Positions 36,758 to 55,398 of a DNA stretch of 64,000 nucleotides are shown piece by piece (position 1 is the first letter of the stretch; every line of letters starts with the position of its first letter). The stretch comes from Adineta vaga. Taxonomy: Eukaryota; Animalia; Rotifera. Under the pieces are notes generated by a model that worked only from the letters and a program-made list of their open reading frames with translations, was not told the DNA's origin and did not search any database. The position numbers were made by a program, and so were the translations under genes. The stretch spans positions 12,586,001-12,650,000 of the forward strand of contig CP075495.1 of assembly GCA_021613535.1 (NCBI GenBank), given 5' to 3'.

Positions 36758-39647
36758 TTATATTTGATAATTTAATGATGAGTGTGGATGATTATTATTC
36801 ATTAAAGATCGTTTTACTTCTAATTCACTATTATCTTTTTCAACTGCTGCTGAAACATCAAGTGTCGTTTTCGATAGTATTCGTGGTAAGACTTCTGGAC
36901 AATGTTCTTCATCATTAGCGATTCGTTTCATTTTCCATAGAAGATCATAAGCTATTTCATTGGTAACAACTGAATCTTGTTTATAGGATGGATGATTGGC
37001 TACAAAATGCCGCATCCATGTTGCATTGGTTAATAATGAACCTAAAAAAGACTTGAATATCACTAGAAATTCATTTTTCTCTTTACATACCTGCAGCACG
37101 TTTACTGATTAAATTTAAGTATTGATTAATAGTACATCGTGTATCAGCATCAACTTCAATGTTACTTAAATAATCTTGAACAATATTTAAAAGACCAACA
37201 AATTCATTCTAAAATTGAAATAATTGAATAAGTTTATTAAAACAAAGCATATTTACTGATCCATTGATAATTTCATCGATTGTCATAAGACGATGTTCAC
37301 ATTCATTTTCTTGAAATTTATTCTTTTGTACAGATGTTAAACATGGTGTATCAGGTGTTTCATCTGAGCAGAAAAATCATAGAAAAACAAAATGAAATTT
37401 TCAATGGAATTTTACGTGTTGAAAGAGACTTTCGAAAATGAAATTTTCGATGTCGAAGTGCATCACGTTGTTGAGCAAATTGCATATTTTGATCGACCTA
37501 TGTATAGACATATCATAAAAATCATCAAACATTATCATATTATTTTTCTTACCAGAGAAATTGGAATAAGTAAATTTAAATTATAAGTCATAATTGCACG
37601 AGTTAATAAAACAATAAAGGTAACGAATGCTGCATTTTCAAAATCAGTCATTTGTAACTAATAAAAATCAAGAATAAGCCTTTAATCAATGAGAAAAAAA
37701 CAACAACAAATTTTACTTCTGTTGGTCGAAATTCAACTCGCCATCCAATATTACTATTCACGGGTGGTGGTTTAAATCTCATAGATTGCCAATTAGTCGA
37801 ATTAATATTCTAAGAATCAATACATGTCTATATATATATCAATGACGAAAAAAGATTCTCTTCTTTACTTCAAAATGATCAGCATCTTTTGTGTCATCGA
37901 GATGAAGTTTTTCCTCGAATAAAATCACTGGATCACGTATAAATAAATGTGCAATATGTTGAGCTAAGACATGATCAATGCCTATTGGGAGAGACAAACG
38001 ATTCAATAAGTAAAAAAAGTATATACAAATTTACTAACCATTATCGATTAATTTTCGATAAACATTCATATCTTTTACAATTTCAATATCATTGTATTTT
38101 TCACTTTCCGGTGATATATAACAATCAACACTGGAATAACGAGATTTTGGTATACGAAATCGTTGATGTTTTAAGGGCTAGAAGAATGTTACAATCATGT
38201 CTTTACGAAAGAATTTGCTGAAAAGTGAATGATAGATTTACTTCAAATCCTCGTTCTTCTGCCGTTCGATCATCGGACATTGCACAGAGAACATTCCATC
38301 GACAATCAATTTCAGCTAAATATCCACGCCAAATGGGTGATGCAGCGCTCATTGCTAACTTAAACAAGAAAATCATGAAGATAACTATAGATATATAAAA
38401 TCATGCTTTATTTTTCCTACCATAATTGGAGTTAATGGAGTCAATTGATCATAAAGAAATCGTGCTTCATCAATTGATTGTGCTTGAAAAGTAACTTGTA
38501 AACAACAACAACCCATACCTAAACCCATTGCATCAAGATAAATATGGTCCTTCATTACTGCACTTTTATAAGCACCACCATCATCGCCATAATCAGAAAA
38601 ATCTTCAAGAAATGGACGAGGCGTTTTCGTATCAATAAAAACTATAATATTCAAACATATAAAAGTTCATCGTCAATTCTCTACATATATATATGTAAAT
38701 ATATATACTTGGAACATTAAGAGCAACTTTAGCATTACGTCGTCGATTAATATTATGTGTTAATGTTCTGATAATAGAAAACATTGATAGAATGATTTAA
38801 TCAATTAGATTTTTATTTAACATTATTACTTAAATCGTGGATGATCAGGAAATATTGCTTCGTCTGGAAAACAAAAAGAAGCAGTTACTGATTTACCCGG
38901 TGTTGGTTTATATGGAGGCCAAGTACAATCAGGACATCCATTTCTGAAATATGCAAATTTCGAAAATCAAACTCTTACTAGCAAGTTGTATACCGTGGAA
39001 AATTTGAAGTACTTAAAACATATTCATCTTTTCCAAGTAATCCTTGGCCTAGTTCTCGTCTAAAAAGATGATTACTAGTATTTATTTTTTTTTTTTTGAA
39101 TTCTTACCGTAAACGCATATTTGCTTCGACCATATTGAAATGTGCTGGTAAATGTCCATAAGGTTTACCGGGTGTTCCTTCAATCATATAATCCTATAAA
39201 AATGATTGAAACATGTCTTCAATTTTAATTAATCAAGAAAACTTACTGTATATTCTGGTCGCCAAAGCGATGTACAATTACTAGAAAGATAGATGATTAT
39301 TTATTATTTTTCTAGATATCTATCATCTAAAATTACTCTGAATTTTGATGTTCAGGTTCCATTAGGATAGGTAAAAGTTCATGTGCTTTAAGAACCAATT
39401 GTACTGTCTTTTTTTCATGATCAAATCGAACCATAATAAATTCTACCTAAAATATAATCAGATTATTTCATTTTGTTGTTCAGAAATCATTCCATACCTC
39501 ATCTCCCCATTTCAAACAATCATTTCGACGATCTTTAAGATTGTTATAAATATGTAAAAATTGTTCGACACCATGTTCGCGTATTGATTGCGTATATTTC
39601 TTAGTCTCTTCCCAAGTTAATGGACGTCCTTGTGTTAATAATCCCAT
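36758..39647 (-). CDS. GCLC: Glutamate-cysteine ligase catalytic subunit, multi-exon
   Basis: [83 protein letters not shown]. Confidence 0.96.
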
Positions 39648-39790
39648 TATTAAAAATGAATCGATTTAATTTGAGAAGAAAATATACATCTATATAGAAA
39701 ATAGAGTGCATGCATGTAATATTGCCTTTGATCTATTTGAAAAAAGGATAACAATAAGAAACTTTGTGGGTACAGATCGATCGACGATAG

Positions 39791-39820
39791 AGAAGAAGAA
39801 GAAGAAGAAGAAGAAGAAGA
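39791..39820. repeat. (AGA)n microsatellite in the GCLC/MELK divergent promoter
   Basis: agaagaagaa... about 10 units. Confidence 0.85.
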
Positions 39821-40504
39821 GAAAGAGACAAATCAAGATGACTTATGTTTTATTCATAGAAAATAAGTAAGGAACGAAAGATTATTTGTCGAAGAATTAT
39901 CAGACGAATGACGACGTTAAGAAAACAGAAAGATGAAATGAAATTTTCACGTTCAATAACAGTTTCTTCTATATAAGAATGTATTTATTTTAAGTGTTAT
40001 ATAATTCACAGTTTGAATGTTTGTCTAATTAGTCTTTTCATGACAATTACTGTTGATGATCTTCTGTTCAATCGGTTTTTCGATTTGCATGATTTAACTT
40101 TTTAGAAATACTAATAGAGATCAGTATATTTTAACAAAGACATTTCTATTTGTATGAAAAATCAATTCACACTTATTATATCTATTGTTATTAAACAAGA
40201 ATGAAAACAAATTGATTATCGTTCATTTTCTCAAACAATCGTAATGAAAATATTTCATAATCGAAAAGAATGTTAACAGATGTCGTCAAATGACGATCGT
40301 AATATATAATTGCTCGCATTTACTATTGGATCATATAGAAAAGATTGTGAAGAAAGAAAGAACAAGCAACTGTATTATATCCACCCACTCATTCATCGAG
40401 CTTGCTGCTGTTGTTGTCAGTATTAACAAAAAAACGAATTTTGTGTGTGTGTGTGTATACGTGTATATTATTTTTCCCTTCTGTTCATCGAGTTTTGTTA
40501 TTAA

Positions 40505-43415
<2,911 letters not shown>

Positions 43416-43725
43416 AAAAAACAATCACTATCAACAATATTTTTCTTACTGTTTTGTTTGAAGAATTCTTATGTGTTTTCTTCGCTGTATCTATTACTGC
43501 ATATAATTGAAATCTATATCTAGTCTCTATTTTTCTTCCTTCTCCCTCTCTGTCTGATATTAGGTCTTTCCACGCTTTATATGTGTAAAATTTATTCATG
43601 TATTTTTTTTTTCGTCTGTGTATTAAAAATCAAATCAATATTCTGTCCTACTATGACTACTTTCAATGACATAAACAATCAAACATATATCGATCTATTT
43701 TCTCTCTCTTCTTATTCTTATTTAG

Positions 43726-45534
43726 ATGGCAACACATTTATGTCGTGCTTTACCAGTATGCAGTCGTGTCGCGTTAAAAGGACGTCTTCGAATGTCCTTA
43801 CCAACTATTTCTAATTTGAATCAACATATGGTAAATGATATAGAATGAAATTCAACATTGAAAAATCTCTGATTGTAGATCGCTAGAATGAGTCATCACG
43901 ATATACCTGAACCAACTGGAGAAACACGTACAGAATCGGATACCTTTGGACCAATTAAAGTTTCAGCTTCATCTTATTATGGAGCACAAACAGCTCGTTC
44001 AATGTATCATTTCAATATTGGTATTCCAACTGGTACGAGAAACGATGAATTTTATCTAGGAAATCTACTTTAAATATTTAGATCGTATGCCATTACCATT
44101 AATTGAAGCTTTTGGTTTATTAAAAAAAGCCTGTGCAACAGTCAATAAACAATTCGGTCTCGATAAGAAAGTTTCCGATGCTATTGGTCAAGCATGTGAT
44201 GAAGTTATTGCTGGAAAATTAAATGATCATTTTCCTTTAAGTGTTTGGCAAACTGGATCAGGTACACAATCAAATATGAATGTAAATGAAGTTGTATCAA
44301 ATCGAGCTATACAAATTCTTGGTGGTACAATGGGAAGTAAAAAACCGGTTCATCCAAATGATCATGTTAATAAAAGTCAAAGTTCAAATGATACATTTCC
44401 AACAGGTAATACATTACATTAAAATGAAATGTTTTCAAAATATCTGTTTATGTTCTTAGCAATGCATATTGCTGCTGTATTGGAATTAAAACGTCGATTG
44501 CATCCAGCCTTAAAACATCTTTATGAAGCATTAAAAAAGAAATCAGATGATTTTGCATCAATTTATAAAATTGGTCGAACACATTTACAAGATGCTGTAC
44601 CGATGACACTTGGACAAGAATTTTCTGGTTATGCTCATCAAATAGCAATGAGTATTGAACGTGTAAAAACTAGTGAACCACGTTTATATGAATTAGCTAT
44701 TGGTGGAACAGCTGTTGGTACAGGTATTAATACACCGAAAGGTTTTGGTAAATTTGTTGCTGATGAATTGAAAAATCTAACAAACTTACCATTTGTTGAT
44801 GCACCTAATAAATTCGAAGCATTAGCAACACATGATACGATGGTTGAATTAAGTGGTGCACTCAATACATTAGCCGTTAGTTTAAGTAAAGAAAAATCTG
44901 GAAAATTTTCTTTCTTATTTTTTTTTAATAAATATTTTCTTTTTCTTTATGTTAGTGAAAATTGCCAATGATATTCGTTTGTTGGGTTCAGGACCTCGAT
45001 GTGGAATTGGTGAATTAGTACTACCAGAAAATGAACCCGGTAGTTCAATTATGCCCGGTAAAGTCAATCCAACACAATGTGAAGCTATGACAATGGTTGC
45101 TGCACAAGTCATGGGTAATAATGTCGCAGTTACTATTGGTGGTTCAAATGGACATTTTGAATTGAATGTATTCAAACCATTAATTATTAGAAATGTTCTT
45201 CATTCAATCAGAATTCTTTCGGATGTTTGCCATTCATTTACGGACCATTGTGTCGTTGGTATAGAGCCAAATACACCGGTATTAGATCGATATATGCGTG
45301 AATCATTGATGTTAGGTAAATCGAAAAAGAAAATAGTTGAATATATATTTATCTTTATATTTAAAATATGATTTAGTAACGGCACTTAATCCACATATTG
45401 GATATGATAAAGCTGCACAGATTGCTAAGAAAGCACACAAAGATGGTACAACATTACGTGAAGCTGCTTTAGCTTTAAAACATTTAACAGAAGAACAATT
45501 TCAAAAATGGGTTAATCCAAAAGACATGGTTTAA
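43726..45534 (+). CDS. FH: Fumarate hydratase class II with a mitochondrial targeting exon; 6 exons
   Basis: [45 protein letters not shown] and signature [15 protein letters not shown]; exon 43726-43830 encodes an Arg-rich presequence. Confidence 0.96.
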
Positions 45535-46087
45535 AAATGGAAAAAAAGAAATAAACAGTGCCCTTCATTCTATTCATCTGTCCCCTTAATAAACATATTT
45601 TAGTGTTGTATTCTACTTTAATTAAGAATTCATATCATTTGTTTTGAGAAAGAAATCTATTTTGCAAAAAAATTTGAATCCTTTTTAACTTCTATGTTGA
45701 GCATGTGAATGAACGAGATGAAAATTCGATCTAGAAAATTTGTATTATGCATAACGAAAAATGTCATTTGGGTTTCTTTGCGAAGAATTTCACTGCACAA
45801 CTATATCTTGAGTTTACGATCAATTCTTTTTAATAGTCAAAAATAGAAAAACAATCGACAAGGTATTGTAATTCATTTTGTGCTTTACTTGATAAGAAAG
45901 AAAAAAAACAAATAATCGTACAGATACTTTATCAGTAACATCATTTCGAAATAGTTATTTAACTATCGATAGAAGACACCTTAGATATTCTATTCTTTCT
46001 CGTTCTTTCTATTATTACAAACAAAAGATTACAACAAACATTTACATATATACATATACGCAATACTTCTATAGTACCCTTAACACT

Positions 46088-47396
<1,309 letters not shown>

Positions 47397-49187
47397 ACAA
47401 AAACTTTATTTGCATAGAAATAACAGACATTTCAAGTTTATTTTCATTCTTTAATCACAGTTAGATTTACAAGTTAAACAAAAGAATAATAAAAGCACAC
47501 ATTGAACTTTTTAAATTATTGGAGAGTCTCAGTTACCATTCTTTTGTATGCACATTACTGTAGATGGAATTAAAAGAAAGAATCTAATACAAAACTGTAC
47601 TTAAATTGAACATTACAAGATCAATACAGAGGATATGAAACAAAACTTGAGAATAGCAAATCGATTTCTATTTGGAATGAATATAGATTGATCTGTTTTT
47701 GACTGGGAGCTTCATGTTTGATGTATAAATTTCTTTTCTATAGATTCCTATTGACATATTCTTGGAAGGAATTTAAAAAGACAAAGCTGATATGTGAGCA
47801 ATTCTGTTGTTATATCTAGATGAGATAATAAAAAATGAGTACTGAATCAAGTTTTATTTTTATTGATGTCGTAAAAATACTTATTTTCGTTAATCGTACG
47901 AGTGATAAACACGACGAAATCTAAGTATATCGCTAGACTTTGCAATCTTCTGATAATTTCAACAGTTCTTTATGCAGGTAGAGAATTGGTTAGACTCGTT
48001 TTCAGCTGCACCACGACTAAATTTTCCAAACATATTTGTTTTCTAAAGTACCTATGTTGTTTATTAGTTAATGAAATATTTCTATTCTTCTAACAAAGTA
48101 CGCAATATCCCACTCTAAATAGAAGAGATTACAGTTTTCGATCATCTCTATGTCCAATAGTTCTTTTTATGCGTAAAGTATCTTTAGTCAGCTCTGGTTC
48201 TTCTATCTATCTCACTCTCTTAACTGCTTTTAATCTCTTCCGTCTTTCTACGACCTTTGTTTATTTTAATTTCTTAACTTTGCTCACTTCTTTTCATGTC
48301 TTTACTGTCGATCTAAGCTGCATGGCAACTACTCTTCTATCAACATGCTCAAGGCAAGAAAGAAATAAAGGAAGCTGTAGGCATTAATATACTATAGAGA
48401 TTAATGAAATTACCTAGATTAAAGCTGCTTGAAGTCTATAATGCAAGTATTACTATCGTATAATTAATCTTTTTTTTTGAGTAACTTCTTCCGATTATGA
48501 ATTGTGTGATGACGTATTTTGTCTTCACTCTAATTCTTAATCTCGTGAAAAATTTAAGAAAAATCAGTTAGCTACAATTGATGAATCCTTTTTTTCCAAG
48601 ATCCAGCACTTTGAAGTGAACTGCTACAATTAAATCATCATTACTATTATTAACTTAACAGTTTAATTTGAAATTTAATTGTTTTCAAAATGACACACCA
48701 AACGTATTTCACGAACTTACTTGTTTTGCGTATCATAGGAGTAACTCAACATCGATGCATTACTTATTTATTTATGTCCCGTTATCTACTCTCAATATTC
48801 AACAGCCAAGTCCATTGAATACACAGCATAGAGAGAAAAGACATCAAAGAAACAATTGATCAAGTCAGTATAGATAAATTTTTACATGTAAAATATTATC
48901 CTTTGTTTTTGTGATAAGCAAAACATCTCTATAATCAATGTGTATGTTTTAAACAAAGTGCTTGAAGTTTGCACTTCAAATTAAAGAATCATTTTCAAAT
49001 ATAAAGTTTTGAAGCATAAAGAAATAGTTTATTTATATCCAAGAAAAAGACATTACAAGCTTCGATATATTTTCAGTAATATATAACTATACATTGAATG
49101 AAAAATGAGTACATCATAAATAAAAATCAAGCACAAACAATTATCACAAAGAAAGAAATCACAGCGATGGTGATTTGTGTTTCATTG

Positions 49188-51362
49188 TCATTCATTTTCC
49201 TCATGATGTTCATCGAATCTTGGATGTAGTTGAGCATGTCGAGAATTGTTTGAACGATTGCCATCTCTTACTGTTGAGATATGTTGCAGAGGTTCAGGTT
49301 GTTCAAGAAATGGAAGTGTATCTGAACGAGTTCGTGATGGTTGTTCGGTAGATACTGTACTATGAGGTGTTCGGCGCTTAATCGCTGGCGGTGGTTGAGC
49401 TAATGGATTTGTTCTCGGTCGTGTTTCAATATTTGGTGTTGGCGGTTGTTGCGGTTGTATGTCAGATTGTGATGATGGTGGATCTGCTGGACCTTCCTTG
49501 GGTATTACTAAGTATTTATAGAGGGTTGTGGTTTTTGATTGTGGTCTTTCTGGGACTTCATCAGGAATAAATCGTTTTTCACAACATTTCTGATACAAAT
49601 CATGGATAAGTTTTGTCGATACAAAATCACTGCAACAATGAAATGAATTTATTATTTGTCAGATTACATCAAAATAATTTACCTCGCATTGGTTCCAATA
49701 ATACGTAAAATAAAATGCCCATCTGCTTCTAAATATTCGTCATTGAAGAAATCAAATATTGTTCGAACTCGGTTTTTGTCTTTGTAATACGCAGGTGGAA
49801 CAATAAACATTCGAGATTGATGATGAACTTTTCGACCATCCCATAATGTATGTACTTCATCACCTGTCTCAGCAATAGTTTCATCACGACTTTGTACTAG
49901 AAAAAGAGTTAATAAAGATGAAATTAAGAAAAATAATTTCTTGTTTATATATTTCATACGTTTCAAGAGGTAATCATTATCATTTTTACTCATATGATCA
50001 GCACATGGACTTTTGAATGGCCATTTTCGTATTAATTCATAGTCCATTACTTTTAAGCGTCCTTCAAGATAGACTATTCGTCGAAAAAAAAGTCGATATA
50101 TCCATATAAAAAGATCATACATCGTCAGAAAGATTACGAAAACAAACCAAAACCATAGAAATGTAAATATTTGCTTTAAAATAAAAATACAAATATCAAT
50201 GATTCTGTAAGACAAATTATGAATAAAACATTACTTGATTAAATAAATTTATTGGTAGGACACACATTACTGTATATGTATGTGCAATAGGTAAAGCATT
50301 TGCTTCACGAATTTGAAAATCACTATTTAGAGAGAAAAGAAAACACAATAAGAATGATTTTTGAAATAATAAGAAAATATCTTTGTTTTTACCATAATGT
50401 TACTTTCGGAAAATATTTACTAGTAAAATCCCAACCTTTTCCTTCATATAGAAGTTGCATGACTGTAATACCTAAGGACCAAAATGGTTGGCCTAGTAGC
50501 AAAGAGAGGAGCATCACTTGTGATACTGCATTAAGAACATAAAGAATTTTGATGAATAGAAATAGATTTCTTAAATAATCTCCCAAGTAACGACCTGATG
50601 ATGGAAAGAAGACTAGAAAACATTTTTTCCACCAGCGTGTTTCACGATTATTTGATTGACGACGTGGATCATCAACGTATTGATCAATAACTGAAATCAT
50701 AAATTTCACTAATCGATCACGTTGTTTTTCATCATTAGCTTTTTTATAATTCGTTGCTGCTTCAACAATATCTCGAATATCAATACCTAATTTATAAAAT
50801 GAAAAAGTAAGATATATAATTGTTCATCAGTAAGTCTATATATTCATTTTACCTGATCGTTGACATAAGATTCGCCAGAAAACATAAGGTATAAAGAAAA
50901 GAAAAGCTTGAAAAAGAAGTATAAATGGTATCCATTGATAATAACGTATAGACATGTCATGACGGATTTCCGCATTTTCAGGTATTTCACTTTGATCATC
51001 GACGTAATATGTATTACGAACCCAACAAACCTAGGAATTAACAGGAATACAATAGACTAAAATCTTAACGGAAAATATTTCTACATACATTATTAGTATA
51101 ATCTTCGTAATTTGATGTAAAATATGCAGGAACCTAAATAAAATCAAGGAATTACTTTAATTTCATTGTTATTGATTAATCATACCCAACATTGAATACG
51201 TTTCGAATTGAATTCACGATTAGATACAATAATTGCGAATGCAATAAGTATCGCACATGTATATCGATAACTAAGACGATCACCTGCTGAATCATCACTA
51301 CGAGATGTACCAAGAAATAAAGTAGAAAATTCGTTAGCAGCTTTTAATATCAATGCTGACAT
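49188..51362 (-). CDS. Innexin (invertebrate gap-junction protein), multi-exon
   Basis: DDSAGDRLSYRYT, IQCWVPAYFT, CWVRNTYY, YYQWIPFILLFQAFLFFIP, YFPKVTLCDF, CVLPINLFNQ, YLEADGHFILRII. Confidence 0.93.
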
Positions 51363-53358
51363 GATAATGGTCAATGATTAGATGCAATAATCAAATGTTT
51401 ACTTCAAACTTTTAGAAAAGATATATTTTGTTCTTATCTAAAATAATGAAAATGTAAACTGATACGAAATCAACCCTCGATTATAAGTGATCTATCCAAT
51501 AGAAAGAGAAAAAGATATGAAGAAGAAATTTCAATCAATCAGTTACTTATTTTTATACTGTTTAGATTTTCTCTGCATTTGTAAATATATACCAAGCAGA
51601 AACTGACATTTACACATTTCTGCAATTCATATCTTTACCTAATTACCATACAGTATACGTGAACAAACTAACTAATAGACCAAATCTTTCTCTTGACTAC
51701 TACTTTTTGTTCTTCCTGTATAATGACGATGATGATGAAATCTTGGTTAAAAATCAATTAAGTGTCGGTCAACTTCATTTCGGTTTTCGAACGTCTATAT
51801 ATAACAATAACACCTACCAAATGTATATATACAAGCAACACAGCTTGGCTCGTAGTTTTGTTACGAGTATGTCTATATAGACGTACGTATATATGCATTT
51901 ACTGACGGCAAATAACATCAAGAACGATGTAAAATATTAGTTATTATTGACATTCGTACATACCTCCGGACAGAAGGTCGAAGAAGAAACTAAAAATATT
52001 GTTATTTGTATAGAAAGTTAGAATAGATTCAGTCAAGTAGCTCTTTGTTAGGTAGTATGTTCACTTTGATCATCCTATAAGTAGAAGAAGAATGATTGCG
52101 GTTTTCCCTCAATGTCAAACTTTTTCTATTCCTTCTTTTCTCTTTTTCTTTTTTCTCTGACAATAGTTATGTATGCATATATATATTACTACAACTACTC
52201 AGCGTAGGGCGATACTTTTTTTCTGATAGGAAACTTGGAGCTGTGTGCGTGTGTACGATGCTTTTGGTTGTCTTTCTCTCAGTGATAGAACGCCCGAGAA
52301 AAAGAGAGAAAATGCATGCGAATAAAGAAAGAAACAGAAAGAAGAAAAAGAAAAGAAAACTCCCTACCCGCTTCGCACTTTTTGCCCTAGTACAATATTA
52401 AAAAAACGACAGAAAAGAGAAAAGAAAAAGAACTGTGAACGATAAAATGAAGAGAGCTACTCATTGAGTTTGCTTACGTAAAAATAGGACAACATCTCTA
52501 TCATTTTTCAAGTCAAAATGGTCTGTTTTGTTTCTTTCCCTTTAGAGACAAAGCATGTACATTTATGATCAAATCAAGGTTGAGAATAAAGATGTAGACG
52601 CCCATTGAAATGATTTATATACGAGAAACTGGTAAATATATGTAACAGCTGTTCTGACCAGTAAGGAATTGATGCGTAGCTTGATATGAAACATCTTACC
52701 AACACACCAGAGAATAAAAATAAAGAACATACAAAACTATTATTACATCAACTCAATGATGTGATGATTTTGATAAAAAAAAAGAAAAGAAATGAAAGTA
52801 GAACCCATTTACCATCTTTCTTTTTGATTTTCTTGTTAACATTGATAGGTTTTCTTACAAAGTTGATGATTAAAATATATCAACACTTCAATCTTGAAGC
52901 CTATGTATGAAATATACATAAATGTTTGCAACGAAGAAATTACTATTTAAAAATGAATAAATTAATCCTTTGAAAATTCTCTACTATATTTAATTTTGAA
53001 ATAGTAAAAATGAAAGTTTTTTTCTCTTCTAACGATAAATAAATTGTCTCAAACATGTTATATAATAATAAACACAGATTTAAAATAGTGTAACAAAGTG
53101 AGTATAGTACAATCGTGTTCTACTGTCTCACCATAGATGATGTACAATAAATTTGATCTATGTGAATAAGAATAAAAATACAATCATTGATCTAAAGCGA
53201 CCTCTAACCGATGAAACTAAGACTGTTTCTCAAGTTAAACCAATCACGTGATTCGTTGTTACAGAAACAGTGAAAGTTTTCTTTTCTTTCTTCTGCTGTT
53301 TGTGTACTTGCTGAAATATAACGAAAATCTTTTCCAAACATATTTTAACAATTTTGTA

Positions 53359-54237
53359 ATGGATGTTTCAACGGGTGTTGCTCCTCCTGCATCTGCACAA
53401 CCACAATTGAACACAACATTTACTGGTCAAAATACAATCTATGTAAACAATCTCAATGAACGTAAGTTCTTCAAAAGATTAATTTCCATCGATTTTTCTT
53501 TCTGTTAATTTATAGGTGTCAAAATTCCTGAATTAAAAAAATGTCTCTACGCAATCTTTTCGAAATTTGGTAAAATTATTGACATTGTTGCTTTGAAAAA
53601 TTTACGTATGCGTGGACAAGCATTTATTATATTTGATCAACCAGATAGTGCTGCACAAGCATTAACATCAATGCAATCATTTCCATTATATGATAAACCA
53701 TTACGAATACAATTTTCTAAATCAGATAGTGATTTAATTTCAAAACGTAAAAATACTTTTGTTGAACGACCAAAACGTCGTAATGATACAGATTCACCAT
53801 CGATATCGAAGAAAGAAAAACGTCGTCAACAATTAGCTGCTAAACAAGAACAACAACGTTTAATGAAAGCACAAATGGCAGCACAATTTCCCGGCTTACC
53901 AGCTGGTATGCCACCCATGATGCCTGGCATGCCATCGATGATGATTCCACCTCCACCGATGATAAATCGACCAGTTCTACATCCACCTATATTCGGTGGT
54001 GAAATGCCAAATAATATTCTATTTCTATCAAATATTCAAGATGCAAATGAAAGCATGTTAACAACATTATTCAAAGGTTATAGTGGTTTTCGTGAAGTTC
54101 GTCTCATTCCTGGTCGTGAAGGTATTGCCTTCGTTGAATTTGATCTCGAACATCAAGCAGCAATGGCCAAAGATGGTTTACAAGGTTTTAAAGTTACACC
54201 TGACAAAGCAATGATGATTACGTTTGCTAAAAAATAA
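53359..54237 (+). CDS. U1A/U2B''/SNF-family snRNP protein, copy 1 (2 exons; intron about 53462-53515)
   Basis: RRM1 TIYVNNLNE..LYAIFSKFGKIIDIVALKNLRMRGQAFIIF, Pro/Met-rich linker, RRM2 PNNILFLSN..FREVRLIPGREGIAFVEF..MMITFAKK. Confidence 0.92.
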
Positions 54238-54367
54238 CTTTTTTTTCCCATTTCGTTATTGTGTTTTCTCTTTCTTCTTCTTTCTTTCTTTTTTATTACT
54301 GTTATAAACACGAAACAAAAGGAAAATAAATGTACAACTCTGGTCATGTTTTGTTTTTTTGTTCTAG

Positions 54368-55398
54368 ATGTCGACTAATACAGATCAACCAATGGCAATG
54401 ACGACAATAACGAATACATCAGCATCGCTGTCAAACTCTATTCCACCAAATCATACACTTTATGTGAATAATTTAAATGGAAAAATTAAGAAACAACAAT
54501 TAAGAAAATCTCTTTATAATCTATTTGTTACTTATGGTCGTGTTGTTGCTGTTGTTGCTATAAAAGGTGTCAAAATGCGTGGTCAAGCATTTATCGTTTT
54601 TGATGATATACAAAATGCAACTAGTGCATTACGTTCATTACAAAGTGTTGTGTTCTATGATAAACCTATGCGTTTATCATATGCTAAACGTGATTCTGAT
54701 GCAATACGATATTCCAAAGAACAAATTGCTGAAAAGACAGCTGCATTAGCTGCAACAAGTCAACCCGAACCTAAACAACGTAAAGAGAAACCTCGTATAC
54801 CACCACCACCAACTCAACCACCACCAGAACGTGCTATTCACGAACAGCATATAGGTAAGATTAACAGCTTTCAAAACAAAATGATACTAGTGATCATAAA
54901 CACTTATTTCTTTGTTATCAATTTTTAGCAATGATGAATTCTGAAGAAGTTAATCGTGCTGCTAATGCTGTTGCTGCAGCAGAAGCTGAATTACAAGAAT
55001 TACCATTACGTGATCGTACACGTCGCATTCAATCGGTAATTGCTGCACAAACAACATTGATCGGTACAGCTGTTCCAATGATGACTGAAGTGCAATCAAA
55101 CTCAACACTTTTCATCACAAATATACCTAATGAAACAACTAAGGATGCATTAGAAATATTATTTCGTCAATTTTTAGGTTATCTTGATGTACGACTTGTT
55201 CCTGGACGTGAAGGTATTGCTTTTGTTGATTTTGATAATGAAGTAGGTGCTGCTTCTGCACGAGGTAAATTCTTTATTAATCAAATTTAATAATTCATTT
55301 TAATATGATTTTTTCTCTTGAAATTTTCTCTAGATGCTCTCAATGGTTTTAAAATCTCAGCAACAAATGCAATATCAGTTAGTTTCGCAAAGAAATAA
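54368..55398 (+). CDS. U1A/U2B''/SNF-family snRNP protein, copy 2 (divergent; 3 exons)
   Basis: RRM1 PPNHTLYVNNLNGKIKKQQLRKSLY..AVVAIKGVKMRGQAFIVF; RRM2 STLFITNIP..DVRLVPGREGIAFVDF..ISVSFAKK. Confidence 0.9.

Noticed and set aside
44448-45385. Antisense ORFs over fumarase (also over RPAP3, DENND6 and others)
   Set aside because: Shadow frames of real coding exons caused by codon bias.
51659-52910. Short ORFs between innexin and the U1A/U2B'' cluster
   Set aside because: Compositionally biased and motif-less; likely innexin 5' introns or promoter.
54238-54367. U1A polyadenylation-inhibition element in the copy 1 3' UTR
   Set aside because: Only ATGTAC next to AATAAA; no paired ATTGCAC/ATTGTAC boxes.
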